This document shows, one piece after another, positions 37,684 to 46,093 of a stretch of DNA of 52,499 bases. Made by a program: the position numbers and the translations under genes. The notes below the pieces were generated by a model. It made no database searches and had not been told where the DNA came from. It saw only the letters and a program-made list of their open reading frames with translations. Where the stretch lies: positions 1 to 52,499 of the forward strand of contig JBGGMJ010000009.1 in the NCBI GenBank assembly GCA_041288095.1. The letters run 5' to 3'. The number at the start of each line of letters is the position of its first letter. Positions within the stretch are counted from its first letter, which is position 1. Source of the stretch: Myxococcota bacterium. GTDB taxonomy: Bacteria > Myxococcota > XYA12-FULL-58-9 > JALHOP01.

Positions 37684-38543
37684 GGCTTCAGGACCTCGCG
37701 CCGTCTCCGAAAGATGCGATGCGCCGCGTCAGTGTCCGGGAAGACCTCGAAGTGGGCCTCGAGGTCGACTGGCAATGTTTCGACCATGCCCAGCACCAGC
37801 GCGCCGTCATCTTCTATGACGGAGCGGACGCGCTCAAGGGCTTTCTCCTGCAAGCGCCGGTCGAAGTAGATGAGAACGTTGCGCAACAAGATGATGTCGA
37901 AGCTCGCGACCACCGCGCGTGTCGGCGCGAGGACCCTGCCCACGACATCGTGGCTGACGAAGTGGACCCGAGGTCGCAACGACGGCGCGATCTGGGTGAG
38001 GTCGCCGTTCTTGATCAAAAACTGCGAACGCAGGGGCTCGGGGATGTTCGCTAAAGCGGACGTCTGGTAAACGCCGCGCTCGGCAATCGCGAGTGACGTG
38101 GGGTCGAGGTCGGTCGCGACGACTTCGTAATCGGAGTAGCCGTAGATTTGCCGGCCGATCTCGAGGAGCATGGCGATCGACCACGCCTCCTCGCCGGTCG
38201 CCGTCCCAATCGACCAGACGCGCAGGACCTGGCGCGGGTGACGCACCCAGAGAAAGCTCGGCAGGACGATGGTGGCCAGCGCTTGGAAGACCGGCGCGTC
38301 GCGGAAGAACTCGGTGACCGGCACGAGAAAGGCCCGGGTCAGCTCGGCGACTTCGCCGGGAGTGCCCATCAAGCGCTCGACATAGGCATCGACGCTCTTC
38401 GATCGCGAGGCCACGAGTCGCTGAGCCACACCCCGTGCCAGGGTCTCCGGACGGTAGTCGCGGAAGTCGATGCCGGTGCGGCTGGCGACGACGGTGAGTA
38501 CCTTCGCGAGCTCGGCGGGTTCCATGATCGGCCGCTCACTCAC
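37680..38543 (-). CDS. second CheR-type methyltransferase
   Basis: GIDFRDYR, VTEFFRD, TATGEEAWS, RNVLIYFD; ATGA overlap with the kinase. Confidence 0.9.
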   Translation of the reverse strand: MSERPIMEPAELAKVLTVVASRTGIDFRDYRPETLARGVAQRLVASRSKSVDAYVERLMGTPGEVAELTRAFLVPVTEFFRDAPVFQALATIVLPSFLWVRHPRQVLRVWSIGTATGEEAWSIAMLLEIGRQIYGYSDYEVVATDLDPTSLAIAERGVYQTSALANIPEPLRSQFLIKNGDLTQIAPSLRPRVHFVSHDVVGRVLAPTRAVVASFDIILLRNVLIYFDRRLQEKALERVRSVIEDDGALVLGMVETLPVDLEAHFEVFPDTDAAHRIFRRRREVLKP

Positions 38544-38549
38544 CGGAGG

Positions 38550-38957
38550 TCAAAAGCTCGGCCGCGCTCGTACGAGCCCATAAGCGCCGGCGCCGGGTGC
38601 GTTGAACTTGCAATAGCGGCCGCGCTTGGTGGTCCACATGCGCGGGAAGGCCACCATCGCCGTCGCCGAGATCGGCGGCTCGAGCGGACGGTTGCGCAGC
38701 CAGGTTCGCACCACGATCATGTCGATGCGGTTGAAAGCCGCGGGACGACGCTCGCGCAGCTCCGCCGCCACCGGCCGGTCGACGATGTCCTTGCCGCGCG
38801 TGATCTCGCGGACTTCCTTGGCGTGCGCCTCCGTGTCGGTGTTCTTGTTCTTCCCCTTCTTCTTGGGGTCGCCTTTTTTGCCGACATCACGCCGCTGCGC
38901 GGGCGCCTTGCCGGCGGGCGGCTTGAACAAGCCGTCACCACGTTTGTTGGTGCTCAC
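38550..38957 (-). CDS. hypothetical basic protein
   Basis: Fits between co-oriented genes with 6- and 13-nt gaps; Lys-rich N-terminus. Confidence 0.5.
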   Translation of the reverse strand: MSTNKRGDGLFKPPAGKAPAQRRDVGKKGDPKKKGKNKNTDTEAHAKEVREITRGKDIVDRPVAAELRERRPAAFNRIDMIVVRTWLRNRPLEPPISATAMVAFPRMWTTKRGRYCKFNAPGAGAYGLVRARPSF

Positions 38958-38970
38958 CGGCGAATAGTAG

Positions 38971-40053
38971 TCACACCAGCTTCATGAGGGCGAGGAAGAT
39001 CTCGAAAACGATGAGCGCGACGATAGAGGCCTCGAGCCGCATGGAATCGCGCGTCGTTACCTGGTCGACGAGGAGTGTGTTGAATTGGTGCAGGACGTTG
39101 AGCTTGTCCTCGAGGAGCCGCCGCCAGCGGGGAATATCGAACTCCTCGACCGCGGCCCGATGGATGCGCGCGAGCCAGGTGTCACCGATCATCTGCAGCG
39201 AGTTGTCGAAGCGGTCGGTGAGCTCCGACAGGTCGACGAATAGGCGCATGATGTCGACGGAAAGCTGGCGGTAGCGCCGCGAAAACAGACCACGCGCCGG
39301 GCGGCCGCCGATCTCCTTGTAGAGCCGCGTCAACGAACGTTGCACGATCTGGTCGTAGGCGCGCAGCTCGAGGAGCTGCATCGATGCCAGCTCGATGACG
39401 TCGGCGACCTCGAGCCCGCCGCGCGGGTCGACGATGAGCGCGCTGTTCCAATCGAGGACCACCAGCTCCTCGGGGTTGTAGCTGAAGCTCTGCCGCAAGA
39501 CGTGCGCGCGCTCGCCGCTGGCGATGCGGCCTTTTTCGCCGAGCAAGAGCCGGGCGATGTCGAGCTCGGCCCTGAGCTCCTCGCCCGTGAGCTTGGGCTC
39601 GAGCCCGTCGACGATGATGATGGTGTAGTCCTCGACGATGCTCGAGACGTCGCCGATCTTCGAGGCGCCGGCGACAGCGCGCGTGATGCCTTCGGCGATT
39701 GGCCGCGCCTCGTCCGTGATGCGCTCTTCGCTATCGAGGACACGCGCCGCGAAAGCGATCAGCTCCTCGCCGGACATCGGACCGGGAAGGGGGATCTCGA
39801 AGGTCACGACGACGGCGCCGAGATCATAGATGCGGGTCACGACGCTGCGCGCGGGCACGCCTTCGATCGCGGAGAAGGGCGCGTCGAGCACGACCTGAAG
39901 CGGCGGCTGCGTGTTGCGGATGCGCGACGCCGTGCGCACGAAGCTCAAGCGATCCGAGGTCTTGCGCAACAAAGCCTCGGCCTCGGCGAGCCTCACCTCG
40001 TCGGCGACGTCGAAGATGCGCTGCGCGAGGATGCGGCCGCCGGTTACCAGCAT
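38971..40053 (-). CDS. hypothetical protein, helical with C-terminal TM
   Basis: Long ORF with typical codon use; LVVLDWNSALIVDP and QLLELRAYD; C-terminal hydrophobic helix. Confidence 0.75.
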   Translation of the reverse strand: MLVTGGRILAQRIFDVADEVRLAEAEALLRKTSDRLSFVRTASRIRNTQPPLQVVLDAPFSAIEGVPARSVVTRIYDLGAVVVTFEIPLPGPMSGEELIAFAARVLDSEERITDEARPIAEGITRAVAGASKIGDVSSIVEDYTIIIVDGLEPKLTGEELRAELDIARLLLGEKGRIASGERAHVLRQSFSYNPEELVVLDWNSALIVDPRGGLEVADVIELASMQLLELRAYDQIVQRSLTRLYKEIGGRPARGLFSRRYRQLSVDIMRLFVDLSELTDRFDNSLQMIGDTWLARIHRAAVEEFDIPRWRRLLEDKLNVLHQFNTLLVDQVTTRDSMRLEASIVALIVFEIFLALMKLV

Positions 40054-40220
40054 ACCGGCCGAGCCCTGCCTCGCCGCGTACCTCGAAGTCAAGCGCCGTC
40101 ATCCGCCACGACCGCAAAAGCGCAACGCTTTCGAGCGTGTGCGATTTTCGCGCAACAATCCTCGAGAATTCATCCGCCCACATTGAGCCCAGGTTTGTAT
40201 GTACGTGTGGGAGAGCCACC

Positions 40221-42218
40221 ATGATTGACGCCACCACCCAGCGCCTGCACGTCCGGGCGCCCGGCAGCAGTGTTGCCGCCGCCTCGGACACCACCAGCAA
40301 TGCACGTCTCCGCGCCCTAGGGGGGCGTGAAGCCGACGGCGTCGATGCCCAGCGAGGCAGCGCCGCACCGGTCGTCCGCGATCGCGCGGCCGGTCCCCGC
40401 GAGAGCACCATCGATCAGCAAGCCGCCGTCGTGCAGCGTCTGCAGACGACGCTCACCGAGACACGCGAGGCCGTCGCGCACCTGGTGAACAACGGCACCA
40501 CCACCGCTGGTCATCGCGACGCGGATCCGGCCGTCACGGGAGCCCAGCACACCATCATGCGCGCGCCGGAAGCGCAGAAGCCGCAGCCCTCCGCGTCGTC
40601 CGCTCAAACGAACAACAACGGGGCCGGCACCACAGGCACGCAAGCGACTCAAGCCGCCGCGGCGGTCAACTACGTCATGACTCAGGCCGAGGCCGAGGCG
40701 ATCGCCGTCCAGATCTATTCGGATGCGTTCCCCGGCGTCTCGTTCACCCGCAACGAGCTCTCCGCGGCCATCGCGCAATTGCGGACGGGTCTCATTACCC
40801 CCGAGAGGCTCTGCGCCGAGGTGCACGAAGGCGCGGCGCTTCTCGCCAACCCGGCGGGCGATGTCGCCGGCGCGCAGGAGCGCGCGCCGGGCCGTCACCC
40901 GAACCGTCAATCGACAATCGCGCAGGAGCTGCGCTTGCAGCGGCTCGCGGCGCTGATGGAAGCGGGCATCCTTCCGGAGAACAAGTTCACCATCAACGGC
41001 AACTTCTCGTACAACCAGGGAGCCGCGATTCCCAAGAGCCGCTTCATCGAGACCCCGGCGGCGATCGAAGCGCGTAACGCACCGCGCGGTCCGGCGATGC
41101 TGGGACGCGAGCTGCAGCGCTCGATGGAGCGCTTCAAGACCAACGTCACCAAGCAGGAGCTGTCGCAGGAGGGTAACGATGGTGTCGGCGAGCGCCGCAT
41201 CAACCGTTCGCGCCCGGCGGGCAGGGTAGCGCGTGGAATCGATCCGAAGATCGACCTGACGAACGGTAGTGAGCGGCTGATCAGCGGCTCGTCGCAACCG
41301 CCACCGCCGCCGATCTCGAGCACGGCAAGCACCGGTCAGCCGGCGAACGGCGCGTTCAGCTTGTCGAGCGCCTCGCTCTCCGATCTCTCGGAGCTCAGCG
41401 ACGAGATGAACGATCGCTCGTTCGAGAACAATACCGAGCCGCCGCCGCCGCCACCGCCGTCGGGCGACCCCATCGCGCTCGACTTGAACCACGACGGCAA
41501 GATCGGCACGACCGGCAAGAGCACGGCGAAGGACCACAAGGTCGAAAACGCCACCGTGGCCTTCGATCTCGACGGCGACGGCCGCCGCGACAACGCGGAG
41601 TGGATGAATGGCGACGGCGACGGCCTGCTCGTCGACGACCACGACGGCGAGATGGGACGCATCGCGGCCTACCGTGGTGATGTCGACGTCAAGCGCCTCT
41701 TCGGCGACGAGGGCGGCCGCTTCGCCAACGGTTACGAGAAGCTCGCGGGCTTCGACACCAACAAGGACGGCAAGATCTCCGGCGGTGAGCTCGACGCCCT
41801 GAAGGTCTGGATCGACGACGGCGACTCGCGCCTCGAGGAGGGCGAGCTCAAGACGCTCGGCGAGCTCGGCATCACCGAGCTGTCCGTTAGAATGGACTTG
41901 GTCCAGAACCAGGCGGGCGAGACTCTGATGCGCTCGACCTTCCAGCAGAACGGCCAGACGCACATGACCGAAGACGTTTGGTTCGGCATGGACGGGCGGG
42001 CCGAGGCCGGCCAGCGCGGCTTCCTCGATCACATGAAGAAGGCGCTGACCGAGTCGACGGCGGAGCAACAGGGCCGCATGCTACGACGCCTGGATGCCGC
42101 AATCGTCGAGGTCGACAACATCAACCGCGACATCGATGAGCGCCGCACCCATGTGACCATGGGCAACCGTGTGCAGCAGAACTTCGTCGCGGCGCAGCTG
42201 GGCGGCACGCGCGTCTAG
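40221..42218 (+). CDS. hypothetical protein with DxDxDG calcium-binding repeats
   Basis: DPIALDLNHDGKI, FDLDGDG, DTNKDGKISGGEL; low-complexity N-terminal half; GGAG RBS before ATG 40221. Confidence 0.8.
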   Translation: MIDATTQRLHVRAPGSSVAAASDTTSNARLRALGGREADGVDAQRGSAAPVVRDRAAGPRESTIDQQAAVVQRLQTTLTETREAVAHLVNNGTTTAGHRDADPAVTGAQHTIMRAPEAQKPQPSASSAQTNNNGAGTTGTQATQAAAAVNYVMTQAEAEAIAVQIYSDAFPGVSFTRNELSAAIAQLRTGLITPERLCAEVHEGAALLANPAGDVAGAQERAPGRHPNRQSTIAQELRLQRLAALMEAGILPENKFTINGNFSYNQGAAIPKSRFIETPAAIEARNAPRGPAMLGRELQRSMERFKTNVTKQELSQEGNDGVGERRINRSRPAGRVARGIDPKIDLTNGSERLISGSSQPPPPPISSTASTGQPANGAFSLSSASLSDLSELSDEMNDRSFENNTEPPPPPPPSGDPIALDLNHDGKIGTTGKSTAKDHKVENATVAFDLDGDGRRDNAEWMNGDGDGLLVDDHDGEMGRIAAYRGDVDVKRLFGDEGGRFANGYEKLAGFDTNKDGKISGGELDALKVWIDDGDSRLEEGELKTLGELGITELSVRMDLVQNQAGETLMRSTFQQNGQTHMTEDVWFGMDGRAEAGQRGFLDHMKKALTESTAEQQGRMLRRLDAAIVEVDNINRDIDERRTHVTMGNRVQQNFVAAQLGGTRV

Positions 42219-42230
42219 AGCGGGCGTCGG

Positions 42231-44012
42231 CTAGCGGACCTCGGCGGTCGGCTCCTCGGAACCCTCCGCCGGATCCCGCGCCAAGAACCAAATAATCCCA
42301 CCGGTGATCAACGCCGCCGCCCCAACTCCGCCGCCGATGATCCCCGCGCGTCCGAGTGTGCGCGCGCTGCTCTTCGCATCACCACTGCTACCCGGGTCAT
42401 CCAGCACCTTGGCCTGAAGCCCCGCCAGCACGAACCCGCCGATCGCCACGGCCGCGCCGGCTCCAGCGGTGATCAAGCCCGCCGTCCGCCTGCTGCTGCG
42501 CTTCTCCGCCTGCGTGAGCGCGAGCCCCTGACTCGCCGGCACGTTCGGCACCGTGCGCACGATGTCGCCGGCAAGGCGCCGGTCGTCGAGCTCCAGATAC
42601 GCGAGGCTCACGAGCTCCGCGATTGCGAGCACCAGTGGCTCATCATTGCTGCGGACCCGGTCGACGCTGATCTCGCCGGCCTTGTGATTGCCGACGTACG
42701 CCACCATTTCGACCTTGGCGTCACGGCCGCTCGGCGAAACCTTCGCGGCGTAAACGGCATCGGCTTCCCCCGTCACCTTCGCCATGCAGGTGGCGTCGCT
42801 CGGGCAGCCCTCTTCCATCGGAACGCTTTCGCGGACATCGTTCTGAGCCACGGCGCGCAAAGCCAACGCCGTTTCGCGCTTGGCGGCGCTCACGGGATCG
42901 GGCTCGCCGAGCACGGATTGGGTGCCGGTGAGCACGGCGGTCGGCGCGGCGGGGAGTAGGGCGTCGATGAAGGTACGCGCTAGCGGCGGCGCCGAGCCAG
43001 GGCGGACGCCGAGCGCGGCGTCGGCGCTGCGCATGACGCGACCTTTGGTGACCGAATAGAGCTCGGCGTGCACCGGGGTGAGAGCCGGCGCGCCGATGGT
43101 GTCGCGCGGCGTCGTCGAGACCAGGACGATGTATTCACAATGCAACACCTTGCCGAGCTCTCGCAGGCCTTGCTTGCGCGTCTCGGCGCTCGGGTCCCAA
43201 GCCTTGGCGCGCGCCGCCGCGAATGCCGCCGCCTCTTTCAAGGGCGTGAGCTGCGGCGCGACGCGCACCGCTTTCTTGCCGACGGCGACGCGCTGACCCC
43301 ACGGGAGACTGCCGGCCCTGCTCACGCGCACGTAGTGCTGTCCAAGCAGCACGTCCTTCATGGTGAGCGGCGCTAGTCCGCGATAGCGTCCATCGACCTC
43401 GACCACCGCGGCCTCGCCAGGCGGCGCCTCGACCACCAGCGTTCCGCGGCCGCCTCCTTTATAGCGGGCGGCGATCTGCTGCCACCGCTTGATCATCGGC
43501 GGATTGTAAATCTCCGGGTTCGGCGCGGCCTCGGGGTTCAAGGCGAGGATTTCTTCGATGGCCTCGCTCGCCGCTTTGATGTCCGAGCGCGTGAGCGCAA
43601 TCGCGCCCATGAGCTCGAGGGCGCGCCCGAGCGAGCGCAGGTCGCTCGCCTGCGCCAAGTGCTCCCGGTAGCCGGTCAACGCCGACTGCGCGAGCTTCGC
43701 GGCTTCGTCGATCAACAGGTCGTCGAACTTCGCGCGCGCCGCACGCAAGTCGCGGGTCGCTTTGCGCAGGGGCTCGCGTGTATCGGAGCCCGAGACCAGC
43801 GCGCTGTCGATCTCGGCGAGGCCCAGCCACGGATGATCGAGGACGATGCCGCGGACGCTCGTGACGATGGCCATGGCGGCGGGCGAGGCATTGTCGGTCG
43901 GGCTGCCTATGACAACGATTTCGGCGGCTTGGGCCGGCAGCGCGACGACCGCCACGACCCAAGCGACGAACGCAGAAACCCTCGTCGGGCATGTAGTCGT
44001 GCGTGTGCTCAC
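42231..44012 (-). CDS. exported PEGA-domain protein with TPR-like region and C-terminal hydrophobic segments
   Basis: Signal peptide ending AQA; VEVDGRYRGLAPL...GQHYVRVSRAG PEGA motif; start placed at GTG 44012. Confidence 0.78.
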   Translation of the reverse strand: MSTRTTTCPTRVSAFVAWVVAVVALPAQAAEIVVIGSPTDNASPAAMAIVTSVRGIVLDHPWLGLAEIDSALVSGSDTREPLRKATRDLRAARAKFDDLLIDEAAKLAQSALTGYREHLAQASDLRSLGRALELMGAIALTRSDIKAASEAIEEILALNPEAAPNPEIYNPPMIKRWQQIAARYKGGGRGTLVVEAPPGEAAVVEVDGRYRGLAPLTMKDVLLGQHYVRVSRAGSLPWGQRVAVGKKAVRVAPQLTPLKEAAAFAAARAKAWDPSAETRKQGLRELGKVLHCEYIVLVSTTPRDTIGAPALTPVHAELYSVTKGRVMRSADAALGVRPGSAPPLARTFIDALLPAAPTAVLTGTQSVLGEPDPVSAAKRETALALRAVAQNDVRESVPMEEGCPSDATCMAKVTGEADAVYAAKVSPSGRDAKVEMVAYVGNHKAGEISVDRVRSNDEPLVLAIAELVSLAYLELDDRRLAGDIVRTVPNVPASQGLALTQAEKRSSRRTAGLITAGAGAAVAIGGFVLAGLQAKVLDDPGSSGDAKSSARTLGRAGIIGGGVGAAALITGGIIWFLARDPAEGSEEPTAEVR

Positions 44013-44092
44013 GTCTTCCCTTGCCGTCCCTGCTATAGTGAGGATGTAATCCAATCTCGCTGTTTCTGCTCGCAAAGCGAAGGCACCGGGCC

Positions 44093-45865
44093 ATGTCGTT
44101 CAATCAGTTCCCGATGCGGTTCGGCAAATACATCGTCCTGGACCGGGTGAGCGCCGGTGGCATGGCCGAAGTGTATCGAGCGAAGGAAATACGAGAAAGC
44201 GGCTTCTCGAAGATCATCGCCATCAAGCGCATGCTCGACGGCGTCGCCCTCGACGCGACCATGGCTCCGATGTTCGTCGACGAGGCCAAGCTGGCGGCGC
44301 AGCTCGTGCACCCCAACATTGCACAAACCCTCGAGCTCGGCCGCATCGATGACGCGCTCTACATCGCGATGGAGCTGGTGTGGGGGCGCGACCTGAAGGC
44401 GATCTCCAAAGCCTGTAGCGCCAAGCACATTCCGTTTCCGGTAAGTATCGCTTGTTACGTCGTCGCCAAGGCGGCCGAGGCGCTCGACTTCGCGCACAAC
44501 GCCCATGGTCCCGACGGCCGGCCGATGCGTCTCGTCCATCGCGATGTCAGTCCGCACAACATCATGCTGGACCACGACGGCGAGGTGAAAGTCATCGACT
44601 TCGGTGTCGCTAAAGCGGAAGCCAAGTCGAGCGAGACGGTCGCGGGCGTCATCAAGGGTAAGTTCAGTTACATGGCGCCCGAGCAAGTCACCGGCGCGGC
44701 GGTCGACGCGCGCACCGACGTCTTCGCGCTCGGCATCGTGCTGTTCGAGCTGCTGTCGGGTGAGCGCCTGTACGACGGCTCGAGCGCGTTTTCGATCTTC
44801 GACAAGGTCGTGAATCAGCCGGCTCCGCGCTTGTCGAGCGTCGCGCAGGTCGTGCCGGAGCTCGACGATATCGTGGCGCGTTGTCTCGCGAAGAACCCCG
44901 AGGATCGCTTCGAGAGCGCGGCTCAGCTGGCCGATGCGTTGGCGCCGTTCCGCATCCAAGAGCGCAGCATCGTCGGCCCGCGCGAGACCAAGGCTCTGCT
45001 CAAGCAGCTCTATCCGAACGACGAGATAGAGATGCGCGAGAAGACGCAGCGCTACCAGGAGATCCGTGAGCGCGACTGCGTCGACGCTCGCGACGCGGTG
45101 GTGCCCGCGATGCCCGCTGGTCGCACGGAGATCTTGGCACAGAGCCAGTTTGCGTCCGCTTTCGTGGGCACGCACGGCACGTCCGCGCCGACCGCCATCT
45201 ACTCGGCACTGACGCCGGTCAAGCTCGAGCCGCTGCCACCGGCCCAGAGGCCGACCGACGAGATTGATCCGCTCCCCCCCCGTCGTGGCCTTGCCGTCGC
45301 CATCGGCGCCGCCGCCTTCGCCGCGACCATCGTCGTCGTCTTCGCCGCGGTGAAGCAGAAGACACCAATCGAGCTTTTCAGTGGCCTGTTCGGCGAGCGC
45401 ACCAAGGCGCCCATCGTGGGTAACCCCGTGCCACCCCCCGCGCCGCCGTCCCCCCCGACCATCACCACCAGTGCCGACCCGCCTCGCTCGACACCACCCG
45501 CCACGCCCACCTCCGGCCGGCCCCAGGTCGGCACGACCGACCCGCCGGTCGCGGATCGCGCGCCGCCCGCGAAAGGCCTACCGCGCCCACCGGCGAAGGC
45601 CCCACCCGCCGTCCGCGATGTCGGTGGCTACGGCTACGTCTCGATAGGCGCGAAGGGCTCGACCTCGGCCAAGGTGTTCCTCGACGGCCACGACATCGGT
45701 TACGCCCCGGTGCACCAGCACCGGGTGAAGCTCGGGTCCCACACCGTGAAGATCATCCCGTACAAAGACGAGATGCCGGGCAAGCCGGTCACCAAGAGCT
45801 TCGACGTGGGCAAAGATCACGTCTCCGAGAAAGAGCCGCTGCGCCTCGTTGTGCCCCTCGAATAG
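44093..45865 (+). CDS. Hanks-type Ser/Thr protein kinase with TM, Pro-rich linker and PEGA-like C-terminus
   Basis: GGMAEVY, AIKR, HRDVSPHN, DFG, YMAPE, DVFALG. Confidence 0.95.
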   Translation: MSFNQFPMRFGKYIVLDRVSAGGMAEVYRAKEIRESGFSKIIAIKRMLDGVALDATMAPMFVDEAKLAAQLVHPNIAQTLELGRIDDALYIAMELVWGRDLKAISKACSAKHIPFPVSIACYVVAKAAEALDFAHNAHGPDGRPMRLVHRDVSPHNIMLDHDGEVKVIDFGVAKAEAKSSETVAGVIKGKFSYMAPEQVTGAAVDARTDVFALGIVLFELLSGERLYDGSSAFSIFDKVVNQPAPRLSSVAQVVPELDDIVARCLAKNPEDRFESAAQLADALAPFRIQERSIVGPRETKALLKQLYPNDEIEMREKTQRYQEIRERDCVDARDAVVPAMPAGRTEILAQSQFASAFVGTHGTSAPTAIYSALTPVKLEPLPPAQRPTDEIDPLPPRRGLAVAIGAAAFAATIVVVFAAVKQKTPIELFSGLFGERTKAPIVGNPVPPPAPPSPPTITTSADPPRSTPPATPTSGRPQVGTTDPPVADRAPPAKGLPRPPAKAPPAVRDVGGYGYVSIGAKGSTSAKVFLDGHDIGYAPVHQHRVKLGSHTVKIIPYKDEMPGKPVTKSFDVGKDHVSEKEPLRLVVPLE

Positions 45866-46093
45866 GCCTTTTTACGTACGTCATGACGCAATCCGCCCAA
45901 CTGTCCGAGTTTTTGGGCGTTTTAGCGGTTGACTAGTCGTTGGGGGCTCACGTACTCTTTCGAAGCTTCCCGAGAGCTGCGCGCCCCGGTTTGCAGGTGC
46001 AATCCGCGGAAATTGTGAGCGCGCCGGCCCGGTGGAGGCGTTGAGACAGCCCGAAGAATTTCTACAAGCGGGCTACGTGTAACAAAGGGAATT

